A stretch of DNA of 63,221 bases, filler included, from Phoronis australis (GCA_002633005.1; 3 parts of 3 records of this genome joined end to end with filler, not necessarily neighbours in it); one strand, 5' to 3'. Counted from the whole stretch's first letter, positions 14,101 through 26,216 are shown. Numbers and translations: made by a program. The notes: generated from the letters alone by a model not told the origin.

Positions 14101-14405
14101 TTTGTGTGCGTATTGCTCGATGTTCCTTGGAACATGTAGCAATACGCACATGGGATTCTGTCATGGAGATGACTGCACATGCCTTGTTTCAGACGGATTT
14201 GACACATGTTGCGCCGCCAAATGGCCTCTTTATTTCGTATTTTACGCGTTACCAGTAAACGGCCCTAGAATCGTACGATTTGCGGTGCAGTCGTTGGCGC
14301 AGCTGCGTTTAATCCTGCGACATTGTACAAACCGGGTTATGCCAAATCTTTATAAAAATCATTTTGCAAGATTGTCGGTCTGTTCACTTCAGGTGTTTGT
14401 TTCAG

Positions 14406-14529
14406 AGTTATGGTGTTGGATCAAGGGAAAATCAAGGAGTTCGACTCGCCGAAGAATTTACTCGCTGACAGAAAGACGATATTCTTTTCAATGGCAAAAA
14501 CTGCTGGTCTGACTCTAAACCATGAATAA
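14406..14529 (+). CDS. ABCC: ABCC/MRP terminal coding exon
   Basis: Acceptor gtttcag|A. Reads (R)VMVLDQGKIKEFDSPKNLLADRKTIFFSMAKTAGLTLNHE*, the typical ABCC1-3 C-terminus. AATAAA at 14525-14530 overlaps the stop. Confidence 0.92.
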
Positions 14530-14662
14530 ACTGTACACTCAACCAGCAGTTATGCGAAGAAAAAGTTATTTAGGTGTCCTCAATATTTCGACTGTATCTG
14601 TTACATGGTGGGAAATTATTCATATAAAAATACAAACCCATGAAATAACCTCACCAACTACA

Positions 14663-15234
14663 CAGTGGCGGATCTAGGATATCACAAGGGGGCCAACATT
14701 TTGTCTGTAAACATTTGCGCAAAGCACGATTGTAGATAAGCATAGCACCGAATGGGGGGAGGAAAATTTTCAAATTTTCTATTCTTTCCTCTAAAAATCA
14801 AGCATTTTCTTTGATTCCTGAAGTATTATACAAGAAAAAAAGGCAAAGGAAAAAACACGGAGAACATGTCAAACCTAAAAAAAACGCAATTACCGCAGAC
14901 TCGAACTCACGACCAGGCGCATAGAGCGCGCGAGCTTTACCACTGCACCCNNNNNNNNNNNNNNNNNNNNNNNNNNNNNNNNNNNNNNNNNNNNNNNNNN
15001 NNNNNNNNNNNNNNNNNNNNNNNNNNNNNNNNNNNNNNNNNNNNNNNNNNNNNNNNNNNNNNNNNNNNNNNNNNNNNNNNNNNNNNNNNNNNNNTACCCC
15101 CCCCCCCCCCGCCGAAACACACATTTAAATCTTGTTTCAGCCGTATATTAAACTCAACATTTCCCTACGCTCTTACTGTTTTATTTTTTTACTGCAGCCA
15201 AGGGGGGGGAGGGCGGCCCCTAAATCCGCCTATG
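14663..15234. mobile_element. MITE with imperfect TIRs and a 5-bp flanking duplication (spans an N gap)
   Basis: Left CAGTGGCGGATCTAGG, right CCTAAATCCGCCTATG; CTACA on both flanks (14658-14662 and 15235-15239). Confidence 0.6.
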
Positions 15235-16169
15235 CTACAAGAACCGATTCACATGACGTCATCCCATAATTGTGTCCACTGCTACCACATTAACACAAGA
15301 GGCTAATGTTTAAGTATTTTTTACGAAATGCGTTCGGAAACGTTTCCAAAAATCCATTGTATCCTAAGTCTACAATGAGCACCGGATGATTTTAATTCAC
15401 GATATCGCACAGAACACTACCGTCAAGTGCATAGACATCAAGATGCATTCGTGCAAAAGATGTTGGACACAAATTATTCAAATAATTTCGGGTATTAATA
15501 ATGATGTATCTGTAAAAAGGAGGAGGATTACCGTAACAAGGCATTCACTTTACAAATTTTAAAAAATAAAAATTCGAAAAACCTCCACGATAATCTGAAA
15601 CTAGACTATTCTGTTTCATCTTAATGCTGAGACCTATGTTATCACAGTAAAAGAGTTTCAAGTTAGTTTCATAGCTTATTAATTTCTTTGTAAAGAAGGG
15701 TTAGTAATGTGAGGAAGCACAGCTTTGACCATGCCCTAGACATGTCGGTAACGTAAAAACAATTCGCACAAACATTTGATTGATCAGTTTATTACGAGCA
15801 TCATACTTTTGCTTTCCTGTGAACGACAGTTTCCGTGTTCCAAATCCTGACGTCCTTCAGCAGTTGTCGGAATCGGGATATACATATCAATTACCGACGC
15901 CACGTGCTGCCACGTGCCATTGCTTCACAATGAGTCAGTGATATCAAATCTAAAATTTTAAAACTGTTTACTTGGACTCCCTTTTTAAAAAATCCTTTAT
16001 CCAAGCCCCTTTTGTGTTCAAATCGCGTCATAATAGTGGCAGATAAGTCGTCACTAAACATCCGAATAGGAAAGGGCAAGAGAAGCCTGTTGGATACCTA
16101 AGTAAAGACTGGTTCGAGCTATTCATCCAGTACTGTGTATTTCACATGCAGAAATGTCCCAGACTAAAA

Positions 16170-16265
16170 AGAAGGACAGAATAATTCATGTGCATCTTGT
16201 ATGGAGTGAAGGTAGGAGTCGCAAATGTCCATGAAGCGAGATCTGTAAAATTTATTGAGATGACT
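16170..16265 (+). pseudogene. Short transposase-like fragment (Academ-like C-terminal region)
   Basis: Reads TE*FMCILYGVKVGVANVHEARSVKF, resembling the 'E.FVC.LYG....VNEAR...F' motif. Recalled similarity only. Confidence 0.35.
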
Positions 16266-16523
16266 GGAATGAAGAATGAGGTAATGGCTGTAATTGAGAA
16301 ACGACAGTTGATAAAATGCAATGAAAATAACTTCAAATAATGTTTTCACTGTATTGAATTAAAAGGTCCAGCTTAAAGGACAGTAAATGAAATTCAGGTT
16401 CTATGTTCTTGTTCGGCAGCTGTGTTCCCCGCCCCATAAACTGGGGTCTCCCAAAATTTATTTCAGGAAGAGCCGTTAAGAAGATTGGCTAAGCATCGCT
16501 TCCAAAGCTGGATTAGCAGTAAC

Positions 16524-17082
16524 CATAGACTATAGTACATGGGCCGCCAACTCCGTATATTTTCAATGGACATAATCTGTGATCTTACGCCTAAGCCGTG
16601 ACGTCATTATTCATTAGCGACACCTGGCAGATATATCACGCTTTACTTCCGACAAGTACGTCGTCTGCTAATCATGGTGATTTCGACGGGATTTGGATCG
16701 GCGATTTTGCCCAACTCACATTCGTGTTTAAATAAATTGAACACTCGTAAAACATTAACTTCTTAAATATAGCTCATATCAATATTCCAGAAATAACCAC
16801 CAGGCCTACTCAAAAAACAATCTCGCACTTCAACAGCAGTTTACATACTCCACGGGCCATTTTATTTTAAGCTCGAATGCACACCGGTGCCGCTCAAAAT
16901 TTTTGGATTCTACTGTTGGAAGACCTTGAACAATGCCGAAAGTATTTTTCCGTTATACTAAACAGTAATATAGATACAACACACTAACCGGAAGCTGAGT
17001 TTGCTGTTTAGAGGGTGGCGCCTCCTCTAGGATATTTCGCAAGAAAATGTTGGAGTTGCTAATCTGTTGTCTATAATGTATG
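16524..17082. mobile_element. Non-autonomous DNA element with CAT...ATG termini and 7-bp TSD (P-like)
   Basis: CAGTAAC at 16517-16523 and 17083-17089. Ends CATAGACTATAG..CAACTCC..ATTTTC are imperfectly inverted at the right end. Confidence 0.65.
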
Positions 17083-18398
17083 CAGTAACGAATCTGACAG
17101 TGAAACCCATTAAAATTAACAAGAAGCCACTGTCAACGTTAAACATATAATATTAGTACGACAAGACAATGATTTTAACGTGTCTATTATGTTATTAAGT
17201 GTCCATAGATTTGTTGTGAGAGTGTCATTGGGGCTATTTCTAGTTAATTTGGATTAAAGATCATTTTTAAAAAAACGCGTTTGTTACTTTTCTTTAAAAA
17301 TTTTGATTAGTTGCAGATGAATCGAAAGGACTCATTGGAAATTATTTTTATGGTTCCCCGATTTGGCACAAATTAAGGGTTCCTGCTTTGTCGCTGACTT
17401 AAAATCTTCATCTAAAAAGTTTTGATAGCCTATTATACTATATTAGATACCGTCTTACGAGTCGCTCAAATGGGTCGACTTTTTTACTGTTTCTGGTATC
17501 CCAAAGTTAAGCTTTTATCAATGTGACGCGCTTGTTCAGTAGAGGCGAAAATGTTACGGAAATGCAGGAAAACACAAGACTTCGCGAGATATCGCCATGT
17601 ATATACTGAAGCGAAGCACGTAACCGAGATTTTGCGTCTACCAAACTCTACCCAAAGTACAGGGAATTCGAATGCCTACGGTAGCACAAATTTCCAACTA
17701 CAGGTGGAGGTTGAGATTTTTGGGAGTTTCTTGAGGGTGCAGCCTAGAATGTATTCTGTTTGTCATAGGGAATTTGCTGGTCAGTGGCAGGTATTGAATC
17801 ATCTGGAATTCGGTTTTTGTGGTACCTCGAATGCACGAGCTAGCTCATGTTTGGAGGTGGTTTTGGGATTTCTGGCGGACCCTTTCAAGAGTTCGTTTGT
17901 CTTTCATTGGTCATTCGGTCTTCAGTGCGGCAAGATTGTTCATTTTAAATCGGTTTTCAACGGTACCTTGAATATCTAGTAAAGCTCATTTTGGCCCTCT
18001 TGTAAGGTCTCCAGCGATCATCAAATTTCTGTATACACTGAGGTACACTCTTAGTGATCTCAGTGGTCATTTGTTGGCACCTCGTTCATCTGTGCTAAGT
18101 GCTCTGATCACTAGGGCACATTTTCGCTTCTTATATCACTTTATTCACAGAAAGTTTGAAAAGTGTCTGCATCAGCCTAATTCTAAACCGTTTAGTGATG
18201 ACACCTGGTCGCGAAGTTATGCAAGCATCTGCACTAGACTGAAGAGGATATGGTTTTTGCCCATCTGCGATATCTTTGTTTCCAATGTGAGAAAAACGTC
18301 ACGTACACCCATGTCTTTTTTTCGCTTGAATATCTCACATCTAGGATATATATAAGAGGACTTGAAACGGATGGTTGAGTAACAAATTCGCTCTAGCG

Positions 18399-18434
18399 AT
18401 GGACTTTGAAAACAGTGCTGGCGAACAATCAAAG
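18399..18434 (+). CDS. Putative first coding exon of a type II membrane protein (TNF-ligand-like)
   Basis: ATG at 18399 reads MDFENSAGEQSK, donor AAG|gtaggt (phase 0). TATATATAAG lies ~45 nt upstream (18347-18356). Confidence 0.45.
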
Positions 18435-18807
18435 GTAGGTTAACTGGTTTCGATTCGGTTCTGGTTGGAAGATTTTGTTGATAACAATATGTTAACGCGG
18501 CATTCGTTAAGTTATTGTCGATTCAATGCTGAAATTAGTCTGCTTGAAAGCGGGTTCAGGGATTCGGTTACGTGGATGAAGATTGTTTCGAAAACGGACA
18601 ACTTTACTTTTAAAAGAATAAGTTAAAAGATTTGTCAACATGAAAACTCACTAATAAAGCAATGTGTTCAGGGTGAAAGTATTTACTGACTATTGTTTTA
18701 AACATGTTGCAAGAGTTTTTAACACCATTCGCATGTCCGAAAGCGTATTTCCTTTTTTCAGCGAAAAAATTCTTTCTCAGAGAATTTCACTCTTAATATG
18801 TACACAG

Positions 18808-18970
18808 GGTATTAAGGAAGTTTCAAAGAATGATGAAAGCGACGAAGGAGTCACGGAGTCTTTTAGCAAACGGAAATTCTTCGTTTCACTTATCTTCATT
18901 ATCGTCTTGGTAACCAGTATCCTGGTGACTGTTAGCGTGGGCCTGTCTTTCGTGGAACCAAACACAACAG
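18808..18970 (+). CDS. Putative transmembrane exon of the same type II membrane protein
   Basis: Acceptor tacacag|GGT. Reads GIKEVSKNDESDEGVTESFSKRKFFVSLIFIIVLVTSILVTVSVGLSFVEPNTT: basic KRK then a ~22-residue hydrophobic helix. Donor AG|gtaatg (phase 1). Confidence 0.55.
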
Positions 18971-19099
18971 GTAATGGAATTAAGAGGTGTCAATTAGAGG
19001 TTTGAAAAGCAACACTGAGGATGATAATTTTTGGTGTAAACTGTTTTGAGTGATGAGAACGTTTTGGTATAAAATGTTCTAAATTCACTTTTTCTTAAG

Positions 19100-19650
19100 G
19101 TGCTTCGCACGGGTACCAGATAGTGTGCGCTGTGTTTGCGCTAGACATGGGAAGTTGCCCTGGTGATGCAAGCTTAAGCTAGGAAAAAATATCACGAAAA
19201 CGCTGTGCTGCTATCAATGTTTTCGAGTACCGTTTGTTATTGTCATCATTTTTTGTCCTTAAAAACGCATTTTTGTTGAACAGGCCATTTTTATAATTAT
19301 TGCGTCGTACACAAATGTTATGGTGATAATACCACGAGGTACAAACATGCAATGTGTCTTTATTACCATAGCTCAAATTCTCATGTACAGATATAGTCCT
19401 GAATATACGTTTTACGTGTGTAGCTGTAGTGAACAAAGTCCTCAATCAAATTATCTTGGTACTATTCCCATCATAGTAGGGCGTGAAGGTCTATTGCTGT
19501 GAGAAACGATTGTTTCAAAAGCCGAGAGAGCGCAGTGGCCTTGGCATCTGGAATGCAGCAGCCTTGTCTTTCAGAAAATGGAGTCTAATGCACGCCTCTT
19601 ATAACGTATTTATAACATGACCCTGTATCGTAGGCTGATCTTCAAATCAT
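19100..19650 (+). pseudogene. Disrupted ectodomain, possibly a TNF-homology domain
   Basis: Phase-1 acceptor tttcttaag|GT gives GASHGYQIVCAVF... then TAG at 19180. Shifted frames give NITKTLCCYQ, KNAFLLN, TNVMVIIPRG...VFITIAQILMYRY and GLLL*ETIVSK..WPW..SSLVF, loosely tracking TNF beta strands. Confidence 0.35.
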
Positions 19651-20247
19651 GTTCGACCAGGTACATGCAGGAGTAGTGGTCGTAAGCAGAAAAGTTCAAT
19701 GTTCTTCGCACTGGCAGAGTAGATGCGACTAGTAAAATTCTTGCACCGTCTTCCTATTCTGAAGATGAAGTTTTGAACCAGTAATCAAGGTTTTAATCAA
19801 TTATTTGCAAAAAGGAATTTCCAATGTTATTTTTTTTTTGTTGTAACGGGTACCTGTAAAAAAGAAAAACAACGTAAGATCAAGCTCAATTTGAAGCCAT
19901 TTTGGTATATCGGTATTCTCTACAACCTGTTTCAACCTGTGGTTTCAACACGTTTGCCGATGATCCCGTCAGGTTTGGGTAACCTGCAACATACGTGCTT
20001 TGCGTTTGCCCACAATAAAGAATGGTTGTCAGGTCGAGTCCATTTATATCTTTCCGACAGGTTTGAATTTCAGTAGTGGATAACACTGACCATGAAGAAT
20101 ACATAACAACATGAAGTGCCACACATGAAAACATGCGATTCTATTTGAGATCAACCTTATTTGATAACTTGAAAACTGTTTCGTAGAAAATAGGTCAAGG
20201 AACATCTTACTTTGGATAGTGTTCGTAGCATACTTTTGCCCGGGGTA

Positions 20248-21570
20248 CGCCACGAGCTATGTTGCAGAGTAAAAAAAGATGAGGATTGAGAATGTCACTT
20301 ATTATGACGTAAATAGAAAGAACTAAACAAGACTCTGCAAGATGGGTATGAAAAAAATGCCACCGGCGTGTACAATGAATAGCCCTGGAAGATAATACCT
20401 AAACAAAAGAACTGCCTGAAGGGCCAAAAGAAAAAGTACCGAACAAATTTGAACAAAACTTGAATACACCTAACGGGTAATGTATATGAGAAAAAGAAAA
20501 AAAGGCGAACAGACACCCGGGATGGGGGGTGGGAAAAATGCAGAGAACGACCGTAGGTTTTGTAGACCACGAGGTAGGTGGCTGAATGAGCTAGACCACG
20601 TTGAACTGAACAAAGGAAACATGGGTGACTAATCAGGTGTCGCGTAGAGAAACGTATGAATACAAAAGTAGACCCTTGAGGCTTTAAATAGAGATAAGTA
20701 ATGAAAAATAAACTCTAAAGTGACAAATGTCAAAATAATGACGATAAATGCATTTAACAAGTTAAATGTAATTTATCTATTTCGCCACAAGCTATGTTGC
20801 AGAGTAAATCAAGATAAGGATTGAGAATAATGTCATTTATTATGACGTTAATAGAAAGAACTACTCAAGACTCTGCAAGATGGGCATGGAAAAAACGCCA
20901 TAATGGCAGTATGGGAATACTGACATTGCCCATCCGAGGAAGCGTAACCCGGGCAATAACAATGGTAGACTATGAAACAATATATGGACTAATAAAGGTA
21001 TAACTGAAAACTGGAATACAAAAGCTAGAATATAAAAAACTGAGCATAAAAATTCAGCAATGGAGGTATATAAAGGTAACTAGAACTAATGACTAATGAC
21101 TAGAATTTGCAAAGCCTGCAACTACAGACCTTTGGGTTGCTGGCTGCAACAACAGACGTTTGGGTCGCAGCCTGCAACTGCAGACCTGTGGGTGCAGGCT
21201 GCAACTACAGACCTTTGGGTGCAGGCTGCAACTACAGACTTGTGGGTGCAGGCTGCAACTACAGACCTTTGGGTGCAGGTTGCAACAACAGACCTGACCT
21301 GGGGTGTTGAAACCACAGACCCAGAGTAGCGAGAGGGGCTGAAAAGCAAAGGGAGAGAAATGGGGAGCTGCAACAACAGACTCGTCAAGAGTTGAGGAAG
21401 CTGGGTTAAGAGGAAAAAGCAGACATGCGAATGTAGTTTTTAGTGCACCAGATTTCTAGCGCCCCATGCGCCGGAACACCGGTTCAGAAACGCCACGGCT
21501 GGCTGCTGATGTGGCCGCGCCAATGCGAAAACTATGTGACTTATAAGACTTGGTGTCGAGGCCTGGTTAC
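20248..21570 (-). mobile_element. 3' part of a Ngaro/DIRS-type tyrosine-recombinase retrotransposon
   Basis: Minus strand 21563 to 21424 reads GLDTKSYKSHSFRIGAATSAASRGVSEPVFRRMGR*KSGAL(K/NYIRM), i.e. HSxR...GRW.S...YIR. Downstream on that strand are two ~115-bp direct repeats (20783-20900 and 20248-20361), as in Ngaro split direct repeats. Confidence 0.75.
21113..21320. repeat. 27-bp minisatellite (GCAACTACAGACCTTTGGGTGCAGGCT)n, about 7 copies
   Basis: Directly visible tandem array immediately 3' of the tyrosine-recombinase remnant on the minus strand. Confidence 0.9.
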
Positions 21571-23532
21571 GGTGTTTAGTGTAGTGTCATAAGGTATCTG
21601 CTAAGTTGTTTTCTTTTTATTGCTTCCCTGTGGGGGAGATATTCCGTGGCTTAATTTCTGTCTTCAGACCTAGTTTTTTGGTTTGACCTCGTTCTGGATT
21701 AAAATGATTTAGAACTATCCAACGACGCCACTTTCACTGACTCACGTTTACTACACGAAACAAAAACTTTTAGCCATTAAAAGAAAGTGCCCAGGCAACG
21801 GTTTAGAAATATTCTGTCAAGTTAACTAATGACTGCCATCTCGGTTGACTTGGGTAAGCACCTGACCTGATGCGGGACACCTCAGACACTTTTGTTTACA
21901 ATTGAGTTTGAACCCAAAATGCAAAATGTGGTGATCGACTCCTATTTATGACCCTAATATTTGAGAGCAGGACTGATTCCACACCAGAGTTTGCGTAACA
22001 AACGCCGAAATGAATGTTTTAATGGGTAAACACAATAAATTTGAACAGTTGACACAGTGGGCTAGTAGGAAGACAAAGCCAGGAAAAACCCGGCGTGACA
22101 GCGCACGGCCTCGGTTCGCTTTTTCCAAAAATGGACGAAAAGTGGACATATATCTGTGGCACTGCACTAACGGAAATAAAGGTTGGGACCTTGATCATTT
22201 ACCTCTAATCTAAAAGTATTTTTAACAGGAAGAATAAGCGAGGAACTCGCACAGTCCAGTCGTCGTGACTTCTCAGTATTTGAATAGACGCGACCGCAGC
22301 ACACTGGTACGCGGCGGCGAACAGGTGCGCGTAAAATGCCGTGGCCGCGCATTCCTTTGATTAGAACTTCGGACAATAATTCAACGTTTACATCGTTTCT
22401 TTGATTTCTATCGCCGCCGAATATTGAGCACGCAACCTAGGAGGCGAAAACGAAAACGCAGTCAGCTGATGAATACCCCGGAACAATTTGATTTCGAGAA
22501 AGAAGCGCGTTCGCCGAATCACTCGATAGACTGGTGCCTAGGACCCGGTAAGACAAAGAAAAAAATAATTCGAGATTTTGCAGTCTCAAAACCCGGCGCA
22601 ATAGAGCAGGAGGCTTCGGGTGGGGGCGGATGTCCACTCGGCGGCTTTCGAGTTGTTTTTGTTCGACGAACTCCAATTAGGCAACATCCGGGCCTTTTTT
22701 AGCGTTTTAATCTATAGATGATTCGAGTGACTGGACGCACGTAATGCTCAGTCAGACACCAGTGCTATCTTTGTCGCAGTTTTCTCGAGCAATGGTTTTC
22801 AAAGAAATTTGGAATGAATTCTGCGTTCACAGATGTTTCAAAACATACCTGGATTGCAAGGTAATCATCCTCTGCTCCACTAACATGTCATTCATAATAG
22901 ACTAGTTGGCCAAAGAAAGGTACTGCCAAAATGGACTGTCAATGTGAATAAAACGAAAATAATAGTACTTAGAAATGATTGTTATTATGAAATTAGGGAG
23001 AAATAACACAAGAGAGCGGTTTGATGAAGTTTATGTGAGGTGTGTTGGCAACTTCTGGTTTCACGGCTTTATACAGAAGTGGTGGTACGTAACAAATGGG
23101 TACAGTATACAAACAACACATGCGCCCCCCATTTGGCGAAGTGAGCAAAAAAGTCCGCCACAGTGAAACAAACAGTCCCAGAAAACGAGCCAAAGTTCAC
23201 CAAAAAGAAGCAGACGCACAGTTCTGAAGGTGGTACTCGGTTTTTTTAGTCCTCCTGCTTTTTTGTCAGCAAAAGGTCCTCACCATCAGAAATTGGAGCC
23301 CCCCATATTAAAGGTTAGGTGCGCCCATATAACACTAAACGTTTAGGTACCAGATAGGTAGGACAGAACGAATACGTACCTTGCTAGTGAGTGCTGGATG
23401 TCACACGATGTCAGATGGGTAATGGTCGATTGGCCTACCAATAGAATAGAAATGGACTTGAGCAAAACAGCAAAAGTAACTAAGTACCAGTACAAAAACT
23501 GCAATATGGGCTAACACATGGGAACACATAAC

Positions 23533-26216
23533 CAGTGCTGTAGTGGGGGGTAGGTGCACGTAGGCGCAGCCAACCACCTTTCTAAATTTTAAGGTAGCGC
23601 CTAAACGCGCCGTACGTGACGGTTAAGTGGGGCGTAGTATTGAAACGATTAGCTTACGGCATCAATGCGCTGCTACGCTGACAACAGCATTGTTGCCGAA
23701 CATTTCGGCGCCTGCGACCACCAGGCATGCTTCGATGAGGTATTGGCAAACATTAAAAACAACACCAGTCTTACTTTGCTCTTTGAAGTGCACGCGGTTC
23801 CTGCAGCTGTTCATTGCAATGGACTCGTCCAAACGAGACGAACCATTGTTGCCGAATTATAAGTTTAATTGAGGGCTTTTAAATGTTGTGCCGCTATGAA
23901 ACGACAATCAGCTAGTTGCCAATCGGTACTAAAATGTTGTAAGAAGATGCCGAGATCAGAAAGCAAGGGACCAAATCCTCCTGCTGAAAGTGACTTCTCT
24001 GCTGAAACTAGTATTCCTGAAACGGATCCCTCCACGTCTGAAACGGAAATATCTGCAGGTGATCCAGATTATGACTCGTCACAGTGGCCAAGCGTGTGTA
24101 ATTACGATCAGTGGATGGAATTCAAGAAAAAGTATCCCTGGTTGGAACACTAGGATGGAAAGCTGGGTTGCGTTTCTTGCTATACTGTACTAGACCTAGG
24201 TTTGATGAAAGAAAGTGGCGTATCAATATCTTCGGAGTGGACACAGTTTCTGATAGAAGCAGCTAGAGATTCCCGACTGGCTAAACTTAAATTGTTCAGG
24301 AGTAAAATCAGTAGTCATATGAGCTCTAAAGCAACGTCCATAATCAAGCACATAACCAAGCAAATGCGCGAAAAAATCGTCAGTACAGTTAAAGCAGAAA
24401 ATAGAAAGATAGCTGTGTTAGTCGTTGAAGCGACAACGGTAAGCACATTAAGCGCACTGATCATTTACATAAGAGCATCTATTGGTGGTAGCGATCCACT
24501 TTTTATAATACTTGACCTTGTCCAGCTTGAACAACAAAATGCCGAATCCATTGAAGCGTCCCTCCTAACAGTCTACAACACCGTGGTTTTACGATGGAAT
24601 ATTTACAAGAGCATCTCGTTGCATTTGCAAGTAACGGCGCCAGTATCTTGACAGGAAAACGTTCTAGAGTTGCAACAAGATTACGCGAACGCTTCCCTAG
24701 ACTTTTGACATGGCACTGCTTTAGAGTTAGCCAGTGAAGACAGAAACCGTCATTCAAGTGATCGGAGTATTTTTGGGGGGATTACTGCGATACTTGGAAA
24801 GTCCCACCTTCATTCAGAATCTTGCGCTGATGCATGATGTGCTAGAAGAGCTGTCAAGCCTTTCTGTGGATCTACAATGCAGAACCACAACAATACCGCA
24901 AGCAAACAAGCTTATTCGTCGGACGGTTTGCGTCTTCAAGTCTATGGTTGATAATCCCAGGCAGACATTAGCCGCTGCACTGACATGCATTAAAGAGAAG
25001 AGGTTTGGGTCACTGGAACTGAAGGAAACCCTTAAAGGAACTACCGTGACCATACACCCTGGTCAGTTTATTCAAAGTATTGTTGTGAACCGGGAACGGA
25101 GTTTACTTGACAATGATGAGCAGTCATTTTGCTCTTCTCTGGGCATCGTGGAACCCAAAACGTGGCCGACGGGATCCGGGATAAGACATGGTGAGCACGA
25201 AGTCAGGCGGATTTGCGCGAGTTCATAGAAATGGAGGAAACGGTTAGAGTCAACAACCTACCAAGTGCTCTGCGACAACTGGACCTCTGTATTAAGACTC
25301 TTCGTTGCAGTACAACTGAATGTGAACGAGGATTCAGCGAAATGAATCGGATAGTAACAGTTTGTCGCTCTTGTTTGCTATAAGAAACCACCTCCAGCTT
25401 GCTTTTTGGCAAGCTCAATGGTCCCCCACTTTCCATGTTCGACCCACAACCTTATGTCAAAACGTGGATTCGACAACACAGAACAGCTGATAGTTCTCAA
25501 TCGAGATCATGTGACTTGGAAAAGAATAAAACTGACGATAAAATAAGTTTGTGGAGGATTCCGTAACTAAGCACTCTATCTTTGGACTGGTCACTAGTAC
25601 CTAGTATTTTGCAAACTTTAAAAAATAAGAACAGTTGCTTGCAAGAAACCCACACTTCAAGTTGGTGCATTATACACTACCGCATGCACGTGTGCGTATT
25701 GTACATACTATTTGTTCAGCTCATTAAAATATCAGTGCTTGTGTAACATCGCATTCGTGTAATTAGTCTTTGAAGAGTACGTAGTAACATAATCTCACCG
25801 AGTAATGAATTTTTTTGTTAACATTTCAAGATAAAGTAACATTTGTTGCGTCACACCATAGGTGGATGAAGGGAGATCGAAGTGCCCCGAGGACACGCCC
25901 CCACGGGCGACTAAAAATCGCCACCAAATATCATTTCTAGGCGTTACTTTTGCCTTCGAATATGTGTGGTTGGATCCCCTTTCCCCGATATCCTAGATCA
26001 GCTACTACATACTCTAAATACTCATGAGTCAAAAATAGGCCTACATTTTTGTGAGTAGGGCAATGATGTAGTGGGGCGTAGGTGCATGTAGGCGCAGCCA
26101 ACCACCTTTTGGCATTTGAACGTAGCGCCTACGTACACTAAGTTACGTTCAGTGCTCAGGGTGGTGCGTTGGGCTCTTGGCGCCATCTTACCTCTAATTT
26201 TACCACTACAACACTG
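23533..26216 (+). mobile_element. hAT DNA transposon with intact ends and a decayed ZNF862/KIAA1586-like transposase
   Basis: TIRs CAGTGCTGTAGTGG / CCACTACAACACTG and a perfect 8-bp TSD CACATAAC (23525-23532, 26217-26224). Broken ORF ~23947-25565 includes KKKYPWL..DGKLGC..C, VLVVEATTVS, FASNGASILTG and STTECERGFSEMN (hAT dimerisation motif). Confidence 0.9.

Noticed and set aside
19886-20134. 82-aa minus-strand ORF with a hydrophobic start
   Set aside because: No recognisable domain, splice partner or paralog; compatible with chance.
21096-21388. Repeat-protein ORFs on both strands (AATTDLWVQ / SVVAACTQR); possible CRISPR-like array
   Set aside because: A 27-bp unit keeps frames open by chance. 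Units are contiguous with no unique spacers, and the context is eukaryotic with no cas genes.
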